Shown here: piece by piece, positions 10,341-22,375 of the stretch
Layout of the letters: each line of letters opens with the position of its first letter
Position numbering within the stretch: the first letter of the stretch is position 1
Virus record (IMG/VR): IMGVR_UViG_2531839252_000006
Strand: one strand, 5' to 3'
From: a virus
Taxonomy: Duplodnaviria > Heunggongvirae > Uroviricota > Caudoviricetes
Length of the DNA stretch: 39,466 nt
Notes under the pieces: model-generated
Databases searched by the model: none
Told to the model about the DNA's origin: nothing
What the model saw: the letters and a program-made list of their open reading frames with translations, nothing else
Translations under genes and position numbers: made by a program

Positions 10341-10796
10341 CTATCTCCCGTTATTCAGGAAGTCGATTAGTTCTTCACGTGTGGCGCTGTAAAACGTCAC
10401 GTCATCCACGCCTTTGAAGTATTTCTTGATAGTTCCTACACGCTTAAGGCCAATCATTGCGCAGTACATCTGCCCGTGGCGGAATTTGCGCGCAGCGAAC
10501 GATGTGACGCACTGAACGGTGGTGTTAGTCAGAATGTATCGCCAGAACGCCAGACCGATTTCCTTGCTGAAGCCGCGAACCTCTGGCAGGTACATGGCGT
10601 GGCAATCGAATGTCAGCGGCTGAATCTCCTGATAGTAAACAATGCCGCCAAACTGACCGTGCACGTTAACCTCAAAGTAACGGCATTCAGGCTTGTAGTC
10701 GTATCCATCACCGTTGTTGCTCCCGGCGATAATGTCGGGGTGATTTCCCACGGCTTCTATCAGGTCGATGTTTCGCGTTGGTTTGAATGTAATCAT
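10341..10796 (-). CDS. P22 gp14-like virion protein, 151 aa.
   Basis: Position between the tail needle and gp7 homologues. Confidence 0.6.
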   Translation of the reverse strand: MITFKPTRNIDLIEAVGNHPDIIAGSNNGDGYDYKPECRYFEVNVHGQFGGIVYYQEIQPLTFDCHAMYLPEVRGFSKEIGLAFWRYILTNTTVQCVTSFAARKFRHGQMYCAMIGLKRVGTIKKYFKGVDDVTFYSATREELIDFLNNGR

Positions 10797-11497
10797 CAGT
10801 CAATCAGCCCATGTAATCTAAGTGCTGTTTCAAGCGCCAGAATACGCTGCCGCGACTGCTGCAAACCTGTAGCGAGATCTGCGACTTCGGATTGTGCGTA
10901 CGTAGTGCCGACAGTGTATGACTGGTTAGCGTTGAATGAGCCAAGAAGTGGCGTACCTGTGGCTGCAGTCCATCCGGTATTTCTTGCTCCAACAACCTGA
11001 ATGCCATCAACTGAATATGATGTTTTTACATCCAGCGGTGACGCAAGAGACTGCGATTCGGTTACGGTTTTCGATACGTAATCACTCTTAATGCCAGAGA
11101 CATCGTTTTCTACGTCATCCAGTCTTTGGTCAACAGTGACCAGATGCGCCTGAATATCGATAACCTCATCCAGCAAGTAATCAACATCGCTACGCAGTAC
11201 GACTATCTTCCCTTCGGCAGTTGTTAACCTGACCTCAAGTAGATTTATCGCTTTTGTGTTTGCGGTGATTCTTGCGTCGTGCTCAGCCAGTTCGACATCC
11301 TGTTCATCGTTTTTTACCTGGGCATCGTAAGCGCCCTGACCAGCCTGATTTGCCTTCCCGGCAATTGCGCCGACATCAGCCCCCTGATTAATGACATACA
11401 GCAGGTAAGACTGGCTGAATATATTGCGTGGAAGGATTGATGTATCGAGCCGCGTCGCCTGTACAATAACAGGTGTGTTGAGATTTGAATCAGCCAT
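10796..11497 (-). CDS. Tail needle protein, P22 gp26-like, 233 aa.
   Basis: N-terminus [39 protein letters not shown] and coiled-coil heptads match the remembered P22 gp26; same length. Confidence 0.85.
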   Translation of the reverse strand: MADSNLNTPVIVQATRLDTSILPRNIFSQSYLLYVINQGADVGAIAGKANQAGQGAYDAQVKNDEQDVELAEHDARITANTKAINLLEVRLTTAEGKIVVLRSDVDYLLDEVIDIQAHLVTVDQRLDDVENDVSGIKSDYVSKTVTESQSLASPLDVKTSYSVDGIQVVGARNTGWTAATGTPLLGSFNANQSYTVGTTYAQSEVADLATGLQQSRQRILALETALRLHGLID

Positions 11498-12915
11498 TAC
11501 TCAATCCTTACCTGGCAACCAGACAAAGTGATAGGTGACTTCGTGATAACGCGCAATTTGAAGCCGACATTTTTCCTGACGCGCCCTACTCGTTTCCACA
11601 AAACGCGTTTGTCGTAAACGAACGGTTCATTCTGCTCAATCATCTGCTCACGTCCGTAATTAATGCCGTCAGTGGTTACCGATAGGAACAGTCGGTCGGC
11701 GTACTGCGCAACGCCAGTTGACGATTCAACCTCAAGGTCAAACACCCTGGCATTATCCGCTTTGAACAGTGGAGTAAACAGCAAGTGTTCCTGTTGCTTG
11801 TCGTACTGGCTGCTGATGTCGAATTGCAATTTCCCGGTCACGGGTTCCAGTTTATCGCCGCACGTTATCTGATTGCCTTCGTAAATGAAGTCGATAGCGC
11901 GGTACACATCGTCATACAGTCCAGTTTTCAGCACACACCATTGTGGGCCATTGGCGCTTGAAGATGCGTCGTAAACAAGAACATGGCGCGGCAGGTGGAT
12001 AATCAGCAACTCATGAGCATCAAAGCGCAACGATTCCATCACACCATCAGCCAGTTCATCAGCAGTGTAGGAGCGGAGGATTTTCTCAATGCTCGCGCTG
12101 GCGATTGGTGACACCTGACCGGATCCGATGATGTATACAGACGGCGCACCTGTTGCCGGATTGCTGATAAACGCATAGGAATCAGCAAACGGCGTTTTGC
12201 AGTAAGTCCCGGCGATGCCTTTTTGCACCATCAGTGATGGCTGTGCGACATACAAAGCAGCACCAACGGTGGTTGCTCCAGTAAGGGAGAAATATTCAAT
12301 AGTCGATGAACCAAAGCAGACGATGAAGTCTCGCCATGTCCCGATACCGATGATGCCGTCCGGCTGCGATTCTGCGCGATATTGTGCACTGTATCGGTCA
12401 GGATGCGATTCGTCTTCAAGGTCAGTGATAAACCATGAATCAGTTCCGTCTTTTGACCACGCATAACGCCCACGTAAGCGCGTAATGTCGCGGACCGAGC
12501 CTAACTCATACTGAGTGAATCCGCTATCAGTAGGCCAGTTTGAGACGGTTTTAACCGTGCCATCATAGCGATACTCTACCAGTTGACCATTAACGCCTAC
12601 CGCCTGTGATGTCCGGCCATGCGCCATTGATACACGACCACTTCCTGAAACATCACCGACTTCACTTTCTCCTTTGTAGAGCTTGCCGCCACACACACGA
12701 TAAACAGCATTCTGCGCCATGTTGTACTCGACGCCGCGAGATACACCGTTCACATCAGAGCGTTTGGCAATGCCAGGGAATGAGCGAAGATATCCGCTGC
12801 TGTTCAGTATTTCTTTGGGTGTAGCCAACATATTCACTGGCAGATAGTCGATATAGTCGGCATTTCGGAAGTCTTTGCCGACACCTTTCATAAGCGGAAG
12901 TTGCTGAATCGGCAT
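11497..12915 (-). CDS. Tail hub / head-completion protein, P22 gp10-like, 472 aa.
   Basis: Exact length match to P22 gp10 and synteny (4-10-26). Confidence 0.8.
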   Translation of the reverse strand: MPIQQLPLMKGVGKDFRNADYIDYLPVNMLATPKEILNSSGYLRSFPGIAKRSDVNGVSRGVEYNMAQNAVYRVCGGKLYKGESEVGDVSGSGRVSMAHGRTSQAVGVNGQLVEYRYDGTVKTVSNWPTDSGFTQYELGSVRDITRLRGRYAWSKDGTDSWFITDLEDESHPDRYSAQYRAESQPDGIIGIGTWRDFIVCFGSSTIEYFSLTGATTVGAALYVAQPSLMVQKGIAGTYCKTPFADSYAFISNPATGAPSVYIIGSGQVSPIASASIEKILRSYTADELADGVMESLRFDAHELLIIHLPRHVLVYDASSSANGPQWCVLKTGLYDDVYRAIDFIYEGNQITCGDKLEPVTGKLQFDISSQYDKQQEHLLFTPLFKADNARVFDLEVESSTGVAQYADRLFLSVTTDGINYGREQMIEQNEPFVYDKRVLWKRVGRVRKNVGFKLRVITKSPITLSGCQVRIE

Positions 12916-13416
12916 TTATTCGCTCCCGTTATCGCAAGGTTCCTTCCGGTGGAAGTAATTCCAACCGTTCCACTTCGCCAACTGATTACCACTACCAACA
13001 GGCATAAGGTTTGGATAACCGGACTTACATTTAGCGGCTTTTGCTCTGTCCATTGCAGACAGTTTGACGAGTCGCTCTTTCCCGTATCTGGCAGTGGTTA
13101 TAAGTTTTGCAGGCGCTTCCAGCGCATAATCCGGTGCAATGCGGCAGGCAAGGTTGAAAATGACAGCATTGATAGCGTTATTTGATAAACCGTGCTCATC
13201 GCCCGGATCTGGAGCGACATCTGCATCAGCGAAAATGTAGCCAACGTTGATACCAGGTGACACATCACCGCCAAGCCATTCAGCCATCATCATTTCAAGG
13301 TCATTGACGCCGTCTTCCATGGACTGCGGTTCGACATCAGTTAACGTGGCATTTGATGCCACACCGAGCTTACGTAATGCCGCAAGAACTAAATCACCCT
13401 TCGTTGTCAGGTTCAT
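12916..13416 (-). CDS. Head-completion / tail adaptor protein, P22 gp4-like, 166 aa.
   Basis: Internal start [21 protein letters not shown] gives 166 aa, the length of P22 gp4; the longer ORF to 13503 overlaps the upstream gene. Confidence 0.8.
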   Translation of the reverse strand: MNLTTKGDLVLAALRKLGVASNATLTDVEPQSMEDGVNDLEMMMAEWLGGDVSPGINVGYIFADADVAPDPGDEHGLSNNAINAVIFNLACRIAPDYALEAPAKLITTARYGKERLVKLSAMDRAKAAKCKSGYPNLMPVGSGNQLAKWNGWNYFHRKEPCDNGSE

Positions 13417-13642
13417 CTGCTGCCGCCTTAGGTTTTCGACCAGGCTTTTTACGCTGTTTTTCTTCTGGCTCTGGCTTTGGATCTGGCTCTGGATCTGCAA
13501 CATCCTTCAAAAGGTCATCAGGATGTGAAAACCAACCAGCATCCAGATATTCCTGAAGCTCTTCGGCTTTCACGATTTCAAAGTCGTATCCAACGCCTTT
13601 CCACTTCTTCATGTCGCCATGACGAAAGATCATGTGTGTCAT
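13394..13642 (-). CDS. Small hypothetical protein between coat and gp4 (82 aa, acidic Pro/Glu-rich C-terminus).
   Basis: GGAG 6 nt upstream of the ATG at 13642; overlaps the gp4 start by 23 nt in another frame. Confidence 0.45.
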   Translation of the reverse strand: MTHMIFRHGDMKKWKGVGYDFEIVKAEELQEYLDAGWFSHPDDLLKDVADPEPDPKPEPEEKQRKKPGRKPKAAADEPDNEG

Positions 13643-13686
13643 GCTTGTCTCCAGATAAAAAAGGGAGCCGAAGCTCCCTCTGGTTA

Positions 13687-14982
13687 TCACGCGGTCTGGT
13701 TAGGAAGACCAACACCAATTGCCTCTGGTCGTACAGCACATGCTGAATACCACACAGCAATACGGCACTTACCAGACAGAGTGTTGATATCACCCTGCGT
13801 TGCGAAGATGCCGTTAACACCAATACCAGGAATGCTGAAGGAAGACGTTTTCATGCCAGCAAACAGTTCATGGGTTACCGGGATCGGCTGAGACAGCAGA
13901 CGGATTGAGTCATCAGCCCAGAACACATTAGCGGTGGTTGTTGCCACGTTCAGAACGTTTACCGGAGTGGTATCAGCAAGAGAGGTGTTTACGTTAGCGT
14001 AAGCCTTCTCTTCTTTTGTCAGTGACGCGTCATCCAGTGCAATCGGTTTCGGCGTGATTTCGATGTGAGTACCATCGATCACACGGGTGATTGAGAAAGT
14101 CGCATCATCAGTTAGCACGTTCTTCGCCATCTGAGACAGGAATTTCACACCAGTGAAACTGATTTTGTCGCCGCGCTTAAATCCGGTGGTGGAGGATACG
14201 GTCACCGTTGCAACACGGTTGTCGACGTTCTCTTTGTTACCATCGGTATCAAGGGTGTATGCCTGCGGCTTAAACTTCTGCGCACCAGAAACAGTTACAC
14301 CAGTAGCGGTTGACTTGGTAACTGCCGGAAGTTTCGGTGAGCGAAGAATTTCATCAAAGCCAGCAATCTGACGCTGAATAGTACCGTTGCGATACGCTTC
14401 TTCAGGAACGCGACCGAAGATGTCACCATCTACCAGGTTGCGGCCTGCTTTGCGGTAATCGTCAGGGTTCAGGAAGTAACTGATGCCCATGTCGCGGTTG
14501 AGTTCGCGGGAGAACATCAGGCGCTCTGCATCAGACACAAAATCCCAGCCAGACAGGCCAGTAGATGGACCAATTGCGCGGGTATCGTGAACAACAAGTG
14601 AGCCCATTTCAGTTGCCTGTTTGGCAATTGCTGACTCAATGTTATTCGCCAGTTTTTTAGCGGATGCCTGGATGCGGCGACGGTAAGAACGCTCATCACG
14701 CAGGTCATCTGCACGAAGCTCGAAGAAATCGTTATCCGGATCGCCCATGTTGCATTTCACGGAGAGTTCCAGAATCCCAGTTGCGTTGCCAGTTAAATCC
14801 CAGCCAGTCTGGGTTGGCGCTTCCTGCTCAACAGGCATCCACACGGTGTTGCTTGAACGCTGCATGGATTCTGCCGGAGGGGTGTATTTTGTCACTTTGG
14901 ACGCCATTGGCGTCAGATTCTGGACGGTTTCGATGATTTCATCCAGAGCATACGTGACCAGTTGACCTTCATTTAATGCCAT
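13687..14982 (-). CDS. Major capsid (coat) protein, P22 gp5-like, 431 aa.
   Basis: Length and synteny (8-5-4); start overlaps the scaffold stop. Confidence 0.85.
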   Translation of the reverse strand: MALNEGQLVTYALDEIIETVQNLTPMASKVTKYTPPAESMQRSSNTVWMPVEQEAPTQTGWDLTGNATGILELSVKCNMGDPDNDFFELRADDLRDERSYRRRIQASAKKLANNIESAIAKQATEMGSLVVHDTRAIGPSTGLSGWDFVSDAERLMFSRELNRDMGISYFLNPDDYRKAGRNLVDGDIFGRVPEEAYRNGTIQRQIAGFDEILRSPKLPAVTKSTATGVTVSGAQKFKPQAYTLDTDGNKENVDNRVATVTVSSTTGFKRGDKISFTGVKFLSQMAKNVLTDDATFSITRVIDGTHIEITPKPIALDDASLTKEEKAYANVNTSLADTTPVNVLNVATTTANVFWADDSIRLLSQPIPVTHELFAGMKTSSFSIPGIGVNGIFATQGDINTLSGKCRIAVWYSACAVRPEAIGVGLPNQTA

Positions 14983-15893
14983 TATCGAATTCCTTTATTC
15001 AGTTGCGCCTTGAGCTTGCGGTACGTCTCTACATCCCCTTTGTTTGCTGCCGCTTCCATCTGCTTTTCAATCGCAGAGATATTTGCAGCAACAGCGTGTC
15101 CCTGAATTGGTTCATCAGGTAACGGGGCTTCTGAAACAGGCTTGGCTCGAGGCTTGAGAGTTAAACGTTCTGACAGTCGAGTGAGTTCAATCAGCGCGGA
15201 TTGCCCGTCCATCGCCAGCAACTGGCGTGTTTTTTCAGGATTAGCACCAAGGTGATACATGAGAGCAGCGGATTTCTCCGGGAAGAGGCGCATGATGTCG
15301 GCACCGACTGCTGGCGGCACCAGTTGCATGAATGCATCCTCTTTCTCCTGATAGTCAGGGATATTGAGCTTTTCCGCTGCGTCGTAGTGCTTACGGGCTG
15401 CCTCGACGTATTGCGCTGATTGCTGGGTGAACTCCTGAGTTTTGCGACCCTGCTCGGCGACAGCCTGGCTTCGTGCGTCCATAGCCTTGATCTGCCATTC
15501 ACTGTTTGCCTGCTGGAAGGCAGCCAGTGCGCGGCTCTGGTCATAGTCGTACTTAGCCAGTGCATCTTCGGAAAGATAATCGTTAGGGTCTGGTTGTTTT
15601 GGTAACTCAGGGTTCACCCGCAGGTGCTCCGGCAACTCTCCACGCTTAACCGCTTCCATCTGCTGCTCAAGCTCACGCTGGCGTTTGCGTTCGATGCGGC
15701 GACGGGCAAATTCAGCATTAGTTGCCGGGTCTTGTTTTGGTTTCTCATCGTCTTTCAGGACAATCTCGAAGCCTTCTTCCTGACCTGCGTTGTCGTTGGC
15801 ATTATCGACAACTAAGCCATCAGCAGATGCCGCTGCATGATTGCCGGGCAGGGTTAATTCTTCAGAAGCCTGAATGTCGGTGGTTTGGTCCAT
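14982..15893 (-). CDS. Scaffolding protein, P22 gp8-like, 303 aa.
   Basis: Exact length of P22 gp8; charged, helical composition; lies between portal and coat. Confidence 0.85.
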   Translation of the reverse strand: MDQTTDIQASEELTLPGNHAAASADGLVVDNANDNAGQEEGFEIVLKDDEKPKQDPATNAEFARRRIERKRQRELEQQMEAVKRGELPEHLRVNPELPKQPDPNDYLSEDALAKYDYDQSRALAAFQQANSEWQIKAMDARSQAVAEQGRKTQEFTQQSAQYVEAARKHYDAAEKLNIPDYQEKEDAFMQLVPPAVGADIMRLFPEKSAALMYHLGANPEKTRQLLAMDGQSALIELTRLSERLTLKPRAKPVSEAPLPDEPIQGHAVAANISAIEKQMEAAANKGDVETYRKLKAQLNKGIR

Positions 15894-15906
15894 GATTAAC
15901 TCTCTC

Positions 15907-18072
15907 TTATTGAGGTGTCTCGGCTACTCCGCCGGAGGGGATTTGAACTTGACGCATAAGATTCGCGAAATCCATGCGTTGTGAATGAGTCTGGTCTGCA
16001 TCTTTAAGAAGCAGCTCAGCGTTAGCACGAGCATCTTTGCTGCGCTGTTGCTGGAATTGACCTACTAGCTTGAGGTACTCACGCAGTTCTGCCTGCTTGT
16101 CGAGGTCCATATTGTTGAAGATTTCTGCAATCTTCGCGGCGTTGAGTTGGTTTTGGGCTTCAACCTTGGCGGCTTCAACCTGAATCTGCGCCTGTTGGTT
16201 CTCTGCCTTGAGCAATTCAGCCTGACCTTGCAGAAGGATACCCTGCGCCTGAATTTGCTCTGCTGATGGCTGCTGCGGCTGCTGTTGAGCCTGCTGTACC
16301 ATCTCCATCTCTTCAGGTGTTTCTGGTTTCTTCAGCCCCATCATCACCAGTTGCTTGTTCGCGTACTCTCGCATCATCTCGACGCCTTTACCGTCAAGCA
16401 GCGTGAAGTATTGCAGCATCAGCATCTGGAACTCTGGAGTACCTTGCGGAACCTTGGTTAGCAACTCCTGAATCTCTGCGCGATTCTGTTCCTTCATGCT
16501 CTGGAAGGATGGTCCGACGTCTGTATAGCACTCATAGCGACCGCGAATATCGTTGAGTGTGACCACATTGCCGGACTGGTAATCGACAACTTGCGCGTAG
16601 AGTTGAACGTCTTTCTCGCTACCATCTTCAAGTGTCAGCGTTACATGGCGAGGAACGTCATAAATATCGTTGACCATTGAGGCATAAATCTCGCCATCAC
16701 GTCGCATTGCGGTAGCCAGGTTATCCTGAAACACGTATGTCTCAAGGTCTGCCCGCATGTTCAGTTGATTGACGGTATCGAAAGCGACCTGAGAGTTTGC
16801 TGCCTGCGCATCCACGCCAAGACTAGCCACCTCTTTCACTGCGTTGGTGGCAGCCTCAAGCATGTAAGCGTTGGCTTGCGGCACTTCAGGGTTTTCCATG
16901 TAGGAGATTGGACCAATCGGCAGGTCGTTACCGTTTTCATCGGTCCTGTTCTGCAGATAGTACGGATAGTCATCATTTCCACCGTACATGTATTCGTAGC
17001 CTTCGATTTGCTCAGGGAAGAAGGTCGGTTTCTTCTTCGGTGAACGAGCAACAATATCGGCGTTGAATGACATGATCATGTTACGAAGGCGTTGACCGTC
17101 TTTCGTCAGCCTTACCACTCCTTCGTAGCACTCCTTGTCACCAGCGAATGACCATTCGCCATACACTGGAACGATTGGAATATGCTCTCCGGCTATCTTC
17201 TCGCGGTCTTTCAGTATCTGTGTACAGGTGACGATCGACTTATACACACGCCGACGCTTCACCTTACGCTCTGCTACCTTAATGAATCCACGATTAGCCA
17301 GGTCGTCGATAACGTCTTTAATATCCTGCTGGTAATAGCTGACCGGCTCACCTGTCAGCGGGTCGCGGTAGATGAAGACTTTCTCCTTCTTCTCTTCTAC
17401 CTCGTAATACTCAGCGACGTAGACGACATCATTCGATACCCACGGAAACAGCCATGTGTCGTTCGGATTCTGGAAAGATGGCAGGGTGTCAGGATCAATA
17501 CCGTAATCCTCTGCGAACTCTTTCCAGCCATTGCGTGACAAAGCGTTAATCACCGTGCAATGCTTAGCGTCGCTCTTATCCATCTGCTTGCTGTTGGCGT
17601 CCCATATGACGTGTGAGCAGGCTTCATGGATTGGCAGGCGTCTGATTACCTGATTGTTGCTTGTTGGATCGTTGTCTTCGTACTGTGTGACCAGACGCCA
17701 TGCACCAACGCCGGACTCTATCTGCTCACGAACGCCAACGTTAACGGCAATCTTTGCCGTGTTATGGCGCATATCAGTACGATACATTCCCATCAACACA
17801 TCGGCAGCATCAGGATTAGCGCCGTCTTTTGGTCTGAAGAGAACGTCGATAGGGTTACGGCGCATCTCTGCGACCAGCTTCCTGACCACCGGGCGGACAA
17901 CATCGAATTGTCCGCGATATTGCAGGGTGGTGTAGTTTGATAGCCAGTCATCCCATTGCGACACTCGGCTAAAATACAGGTCATTTGTCGCCTCGGTTCT
18001 GGCTTCATCGCTCGCCATCCAGTCCGCGTCAAACTTACACAGAATGGAATTGAGTCTGTTTTCGTCGGCCAT
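15907..18072 (-). CDS. Portal protein, P22 gp1-like, 721 aa.
   Basis: Translation aligns by eye with the remembered P22 portal ([18 protein letters not shown] ... Gln-rich C-terminal barrel ... SGGVAETPQ). Confidence 0.9.
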   Translation of the reverse strand: MADENRLNSILCKFDADWMASDEARTEATNDLYFSRVSQWDDWLSNYTTLQYRGQFDVVRPVVRKLVAEMRRNPIDVLFRPKDGANPDAADVLMGMYRTDMRHNTAKIAVNVGVREQIESGVGAWRLVTQYEDNDPTSNNQVIRRLPIHEACSHVIWDANSKQMDKSDAKHCTVINALSRNGWKEFAEDYGIDPDTLPSFQNPNDTWLFPWVSNDVVYVAEYYEVEEKKEKVFIYRDPLTGEPVSYYQQDIKDVIDDLANRGFIKVAERKVKRRRVYKSIVTCTQILKDREKIAGEHIPIVPVYGEWSFAGDKECYEGVVRLTKDGQRLRNMIMSFNADIVARSPKKKPTFFPEQIEGYEYMYGGNDDYPYYLQNRTDENGNDLPIGPISYMENPEVPQANAYMLEAATNAVKEVASLGVDAQAANSQVAFDTVNQLNMRADLETYVFQDNLATAMRRDGEIYASMVNDIYDVPRHVTLTLEDGSEKDVQLYAQVVDYQSGNVVTLNDIRGRYECYTDVGPSFQSMKEQNRAEIQELLTKVPQGTPEFQMLMLQYFTLLDGKGVEMMREYANKQLVMMGLKKPETPEEMEMVQQAQQQPQQPSAEQIQAQGILLQGQAELLKAENQQAQIQVEAAKVEAQNQLNAAKIAEIFNNMDLDKQAELREYLKLVGQFQQQRSKDARANAELLLKDADQTHSQRMDFANLMRQVQIPSGGVAETPQ

Positions 18073-19572
18073 TTAAGTTCTCCGTGCGATGGGCCTGATT
18101 GGGGCTGGTATCTTTTTCTCTTTTGGTTTTTTGATGTCGCGCATCATTTTGGCGAAGCGGCGCATCATGTATGCATAGCGAACGGCTGAGAGAACGTCGT
18201 CGTTAAGCTTGACGATCTTCCCGTTTTCATCACGGTGATAGAGGCGGAATTCCTCAAAGAATGGTTCACAGGTGTTGAATACCTTGAAGCGACCATCTAG
18301 CATCATGTCGCGCAATTCAGTGATTCCAGGCTCAACAGCATTACCGCCATCAGGCCATGTCGCATGCTCCTGCAACATCATAAATCCAGCGTCCGCATAC
18401 TGCCCTTTGAGCTGCTCACCGCCGCCCTTCTCGTGCTGGTTTCCGTCATGGGGCCATGCGGTTGGCACTTTATGCGCCCATGGTTTAACGGCTCCCCACG
18501 CCTGAACGGCTGTCTTTTCTTTCGCCTTCCACACGCGTGAAAGGTAGATTATGTCTGCGTCCTTATCCCACCAAAGCTGAACCTGCGCCTGTGGGTGATC
18601 CCATCCGAAATCCATCCCGCCAATTACGTAGAAGTGATCAGGACACTCGAACGGCTGACACTTAATCGTCTCTTCAGGTATCTGGAAGATTCGACCACTA
18701 CCCATCGTAGGAATACCGCGAGCACGCGCCTCTCTCTCATGCTCGGGATAGGATGCGATGATTTGCTCTTTCTGCTCGTCGGTGTAGTGCTCAGCGTCGT
18801 AGATGGTCATGTTGACCACTTTCTGCGACTTGCTGGGATTCTTCAGGAACTTGGTAACAACGTCAGACATCCCCATCAGCGGGGTAAACGTCAGAATTGA
18901 GAATTGCCCGTATTTGTTGGTACGGGTAAGGCCTTCGCCATAAATGCTGTATGGTGGTTCTTCGTCAAACCACACGCCGTGGATTGTGTCACCCTGCCAG
19001 CGAGCACGGCCTTGCGAGTATGGCTTGAAGTAGCAGATTGAAATGCCATCTTCAACGCCATCAGCCGTGTGATGCTTAACCAGAAGATGATCAACAAGGT
19101 TCGGAAAGAAAGGAGACTTCTTCCAGCTAATGATGTCTTCTTTCGGTATGGAACCGTAGCCAGGTTCACCATTCTCTTCGATACGACCGCACAGGATGCG
19201 TTGAGTCGTTTTGGTTACAGTCTCGTTTGTCTCGCCACCAATCCAGAAGACAACAGGCTCATAGAAACGCTTACCTTTCCACTCACCGCCATATTTACCA
19301 TCAGCAGGATAGCCTTTTGTGCCCGGATAACGCCCGGTAAGGTGAAACGCGACTTCAGCAGCACCAGTAAATGACTTACCAAGCTGGTTACCAGCCATAA
19401 AACATCGCTCTGGATAGTCATGCCCGGCGTCGATGAACTCACGCTGTTTGCTGTATGGCGTAAATTCATATAGCAGGTGTGTGTTCCGGTAGCTCTCTTC
19501 TTCTTCGAGTAGCTCGAGCAATTCGATTTGCTCTTCGTCGCTCAGGTTATCAAGAATCGCGTCCAGTTCCAC
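18073..19572 (-). CDS. Terminase large subunit, P22 gp2-like, 499 aa.
   Basis: Exact length of P22 gp2; the N-terminal region ([12 protein letters not shown]) resembles a Walker A ATPase motif. Confidence 0.9.
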   Translation of the reverse strand: MELDAILDNLSDEEQIELLELLEEEESYRNTHLLYEFTPYSKQREFIDAGHDYPERCFMAGNQLGKSFTGAAEVAFHLTGRYPGTKGYPADGKYGGEWKGKRFYEPVVFWIGGETNETVTKTTQRILCGRIEENGEPGYGSIPKEDIISWKKSPFFPNLVDHLLVKHHTADGVEDGISICYFKPYSQGRARWQGDTIHGVWFDEEPPYSIYGEGLTRTNKYGQFSILTFTPLMGMSDVVTKFLKNPSKSQKVVNMTIYDAEHYTDEQKEQIIASYPEHEREARARGIPTMGSGRIFQIPEETIKCQPFECPDHFYVIGGMDFGWDHPQAQVQLWWDKDADIIYLSRVWKAKEKTAVQAWGAVKPWAHKVPTAWPHDGNQHEKGGGEQLKGQYADAGFMMLQEHATWPDGGNAVEPGITELRDMMLDGRFKVFNTCEPFFEEFRLYHRDENGKIVKLNDDVLSAVRYAYMMRRFAKMMRDIKKPKEKKIPAPIRPIARRT

Positions 19573-20038
19573 GGTTGAATAGCTCCTTGATACGAGAGCG
19601 TCGCTTATCGCGATCTCCCTTATCAGGTGTCACGTCTTCAACTTGCGACTGCTCTTTGAGGCCCAAATCACGGGCGATGATGTTAGCATTGAGAAGGTCA
19701 GCGGCTGCGCCAGAAAATTTCTGGTCGTAGATGACCTGTTCTGCTCGCGTAACGACTTCAGATAAATCTTCTCGCAGGCGATATGTGCGCCATGTTTCAA
19801 GCGTCACATCAATGAACAGAGTGAGGCCGGTAATGGTCATCGCTCGCATCTTGGCGATAGGCTCTTGTATCACTTCACCCTGATACGAGAACGCCTTCAT
19901 CTCCCATAGCGGGTTAGCTTCTACCCACTCGAAGTATTCACAACAAGCAGCCCACAGCGCCTCAGGCGATTCGAATTTAGGATTTCGCCCATGACTACTG
20001 CGGGCCTCCCAAAATCGGTTGCCCTTTGGTGCCGCCAT
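19550..20038 (-). CDS. Terminase small subunit, P22 gp3-like, 162 aa.
   Basis: From [47 protein letters not shown] the translation matches remembered P22 gp3; contains the pac sequence. Confidence 0.9.
   Translation of the reverse strand: MAAPKGNRFWEARSSHGRNPKFESPEALWAACCEYFEWVEANPLWEMKAFSYQGEVIQEPIAKMRAMTITGLTLFIDVTLETWRTYRLREDLSEVVTRAEQVIYDQKFSGAAADLLNANIIARDLGLKEQSQVEDVTPDKGDRDKRRSRIKELFNRGTGRDS
19741..19772 (-). other. pac (packaging initiation) site inside the small-terminase gene.
   Basis: Minus-strand sequence agaagatttatctgaagtcgttacgcgagcag matches the remembered P22 pac site. Confidence 0.6.
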
Positions 20039-20061
20039 ATTCATCTCACTTAATTGTCATT

Positions 20062-20241
20062 TCAGGTTGAGGACTCTTTCGTGCTTTCAATCAATGACTG
20101 CTTCAGCAATTCGAGTGTGCCAATCGCCTCGCATAAACTGATTTCACCATCGTAATCATGGATGACGCTTTCCATCCGCTCGTATAGCTCTTGAGTAATT
20201 GGGAATTTCTTCTCCTTACCCAAATTGATTACGCGGCTCAC
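20062..20241 (-). CDS. Small hypothetical protein (59 aa, GTG start), probably the P22 ORF59a equivalent; below the ORF-track size cut-off.
   Basis: Hand translation (M)SRVINLGKEKKFPITQELYERMESVIHDYDGEISLCEAIGTLELLKQSLIESTKESST, with GGAG 7 nt upstream of the GTG. Confidence 0.4.
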   Translation of the reverse strand: MSRVINLGKEKKFPITQELYERMESVIHDYDGEISLCEAIGTLELLKQSLIESTKESST

Positions 20242-20242
20242 A

Positions 20243-20485
20243 TCATGCTCCGGTAGTGAACAGGTCTAACGCTTCCTTCGATTTACGCACCGCTTCGATA
20301 GTGCGAGATGTGAAGTCTGGATTTGCACCGCCATCGTTGTAGTGCAACTTGAACAATTCCAGTTTCAGTTGGTCGGCACTAATGAATGCAAAAGCTTCCT
20401 CTGCCGCTGAATTGTTCTTAGATAGCAGTCGGTAAATTTCTAACTTGAATTTCTGTTCTTCAGTCATGGGAATAATCTCTGCCAT
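20243..20485 (-). CDS. Hypothetical protein, 80 aa (P22 ORF80-like position).
   Basis: GGAG 6 nt upstream; position between Rha and terminase. Confidence 0.5.
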   Translation of the reverse strand: MAEIIPMTEEQKFKLEIYRLLSKNNSAAEEAFAFISADQLKLELFKLHYNDGGANPDFTSRTIEAVRKSKEALDLFTTGA

Positions 20486-20588
20486 TGTTGGCTCCGTTTA
20501 TCCGTTAAAAGGGATATCAGTTAAGTTATCCCGTGTAGGGTATAAGCCATTATCAAAGCCACTCTGTAGGGAATGGCTTTTGTAATAA

Positions 20589-20945
20589 CTACTGTTCGCT
20601 TAGCTTCTGCTTCAGCAAGTAACCTTCGAGCATCCAGATTTTGTTTACAGCATTCTGCCGGGCAATCTTCCGACCAATTTCTGCATCAAAATTTTCCGGA
20701 CTTGCACAGGCGCTCTCTCCGGTGACGGTGAAGCCATTCTTCAGCACCAGTACGCAGAAAGTCAGGAGGTCTGTAGATTTATGCGCTGTCCATGAATCGC
20801 CAACGCCCATATTGGCAGCACGAATGCCGTCATAAGCAGTAAAGAAATGCTCTTCAAGAATGATGCTTTCGATATATTGAAGCGTAACTCGCGGAGCGGT
20901 TTTGCCTTTCTCAACGATTTCTTTTTCGATTTGCTGGTCGTTCAT
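20589..20945 (-). CDS. Conserved phage hypothetical protein, 118 aa.
   Basis: Intact ORF in the late operon; family not confidently recognised. Confidence 0.5.
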   Translation of the reverse strand: MNDQQIEKEIVEKGKTAPRVTLQYIESIILEEHFFTAYDGIRAANMGVGDSWTAHKSTDLLTFCVLVLKNGFTVTGESACASPENFDAEIGRKIARQNAVNKIWMLEGYLLKQKLSEQ

Positions 20946-21103
20946 AATTATGACCCTGTGGAGTGGTTGCTTGATTAGGATGTCTTTCCATCAGTCCGCC
21001 ACCACAAAGAATCTTTTTTGCCATAAGGCAGGAGGTTCATCTTTCAGTGGCTGCCAGTGTTATTTCCCCACTTACTGGCTTGGGTTGTTTCGCTGTACTG
21101 CCG

Positions 21104-21646
21104 TTAATTAGTGAGTCCGGGGATTACGGTTTGCCCGTGCTGTTCAAGGCGTTCAATTCTCGCCAGTAGCTGAGGCTTCTTAATTTTTCCCCAGCGATTA
21201 AGCAGGCGACCTGACATGCTGGCAACATCCTTCTCTTTCATGTACTCCAGCATTACGGCATTTCTCTCTTCTTCAAATTGACGATGACCAACCTGAAGCA
21301 TGGCGTACATCCAGTTAAATGCGTTGATGTAAGCAATTTTGATACGCATTGCTTCTTTTTTGGTGTAGGACATAACCAAAAGCATCAACCCATCCTTGCG
21401 GAGACGGTAGAATTTTTGCGGCTTACCATTCTGTAACTCATTGTTTTTATAGCAAAGCTCAAAGTTGAGCTTTGTATCAAACTCAGGAGGGCAAGCTTCT
21501 ATGGTTCGTTCAATGTCACGAACTACGTTCTTCGGCAGCTTTCCAAATGCTTTTGCCACCATAAAAGAATCTGTAACCGGATCGTTGTTTGCCACAAAAA
21601 TCAGATCTCGGAAATCAATGCCGTTAACGATAGTTGGATAATGCAT
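21104..21646 (-). CDS. rha: Rha-family phage regulatory protein.
   Basis: N-terminal region (DSFMVAKAFGKLPKNVVRDIERTIE) is typical of the Rha domain; position matches P22 ORF201. Confidence 0.7.
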   Translation of the reverse strand: MHYPTIVNGIDFRDLIFVANNDPVTDSFMVAKAFGKLPKNVVRDIERTIEACPPEFDTKLNFELCYKNNELQNGKPQKFYRLRKDGLMLLVMSYTKKEAMRIKIAYINAFNWMYAMLQVGHRQFEEERNAVMLEYMKEKDVASMSGRLLNRWGKIKKPQLLARIERLEQHGQTVIPGLTN

Positions 21647-21790
21647 CAGTGATCACCTTTTAGTGATGAACCTTGTCACACAGGATTCCGGCCCACAGAA
21701 AGGCACCGATCACCAAACCGGCATCCTCAAGGGTCATCCTGAAAGGTTCTGTGTTCATAAGTCGCGCGTGTGAAGCGCGTTTACTGCGGA

Positions 21791-21818
21791 CATAAAAAAG
21801 CCCCGCATCGCGAGGCTC
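21791..21818 (-). terminator. Possible rho-independent terminator downstream of Rz.
   Basis: Minus-strand hairpin gcctcgcgatgcggggc followed by ttttttat. Confidence 0.4.
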
Positions 21819-21849
21819 ATTAAATGGACTTTGTGATTTGCAAAAAAAT

Positions 21850-22287
21850 TTATTTCAGGCACTGAGTCCTGATGTACTCCTGCAGGTAGTTAACCTGCGC
21901 GGTTATCCTGTCGATTCCACTTCGGAGACGGTAATAATTGAGTTCAGCATCTGCTGTAAGTCTTGGGCTTTCTCCATCGCCCATGCCGCTGGCTCCGGTC
22001 GTTGACTTTGCACAGGTGGCGGCGACTTGCAGGCGCTTACGCCCAGCAGAAACATCAGCACGGAGACTTTCGATAGTCGCGTTAGCATCAGCAAGCTCCT
22101 TTGTATATCTGGCATCGAGTTCTGCTACGTCACGTTGACGCTTCTGCATATCAGCGATGATGGATGTGGCTTTATCGCGCTGGTCTTTGTAGGCGATGGC
22201 GTTATCACGGTAATGATTAACAGCCCATGACAGGCAGACGATGATGCAGATAACCAGAGCGGAGATAATCGCGGTTAACCGACTCAT
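21850..22287 (-). CDS. Rz: Rz i-spanin, 145 aa.
   Basis: N-terminal transmembrane segment [19 protein letters not shown] followed by a coiled-coil periplasmic domain; contains embedded Rz1. Confidence 0.8.
   Translation of the reverse strand: MSRLTAIISALVICIIVCLSWAVNHYRDNAIAYKDQRDKATSIIADMQKRQRDVAELDARYTKELADANATIESLRADVSAGRKRLQVAATCAKSTTGASGMGDGESPRLTADAELNYYRLRSGIDRITAQVNYLQEYIRTQCLK
21903..22088 (-). CDS. Rz1: Rz1 o-spanin lipoprotein embedded in the +1 frame of Rz.
   Basis: Lipobox LLGVSAC followed by a proline-rich short mature peptide; entirely inside Rz. Confidence 0.6.
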   Translation of the reverse strand: MLTRLSKVSVLMFLLGVSACKSPPPVQSQRPEPAAWAMEKAQDLQQMLNSIITVSEVESTG

Positions 22288-22375
22288 GACATCAACACCC
22301 CAACAGCCAGAAAACACGGCCACGCATCGTTGCCATTAAATGCGAGCAACGCTGCCATGAAAAAGCAAATCATGC

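Noticed and set aside
9524-11010. Cys/Trp-rich and other ORFs (9524-9940, 9777-10088, 10476-11000, 10804-11010) overlapping gp20, gp7, gp14 and gp26
   Set aside because: Alternative frames within conserved structural genes with unusual composition; no independent signals.
13380-13520. Short imperfect hexanucleotide repeats (ccagag/ccagat/ccaaag) as a possible phase-variable tract
   Set aside because: The repeats are degenerate and encode a Pro/Glu-rich linker; this is not a homogeneous simple-sequence tract.
16255-16300. GCT/CTG-rich repeat in the portal gene as a possible contingency repeat
   Set aside because: It encodes the Gln-rich C-terminal helix of the portal; the repeat is imperfect and in-frame.
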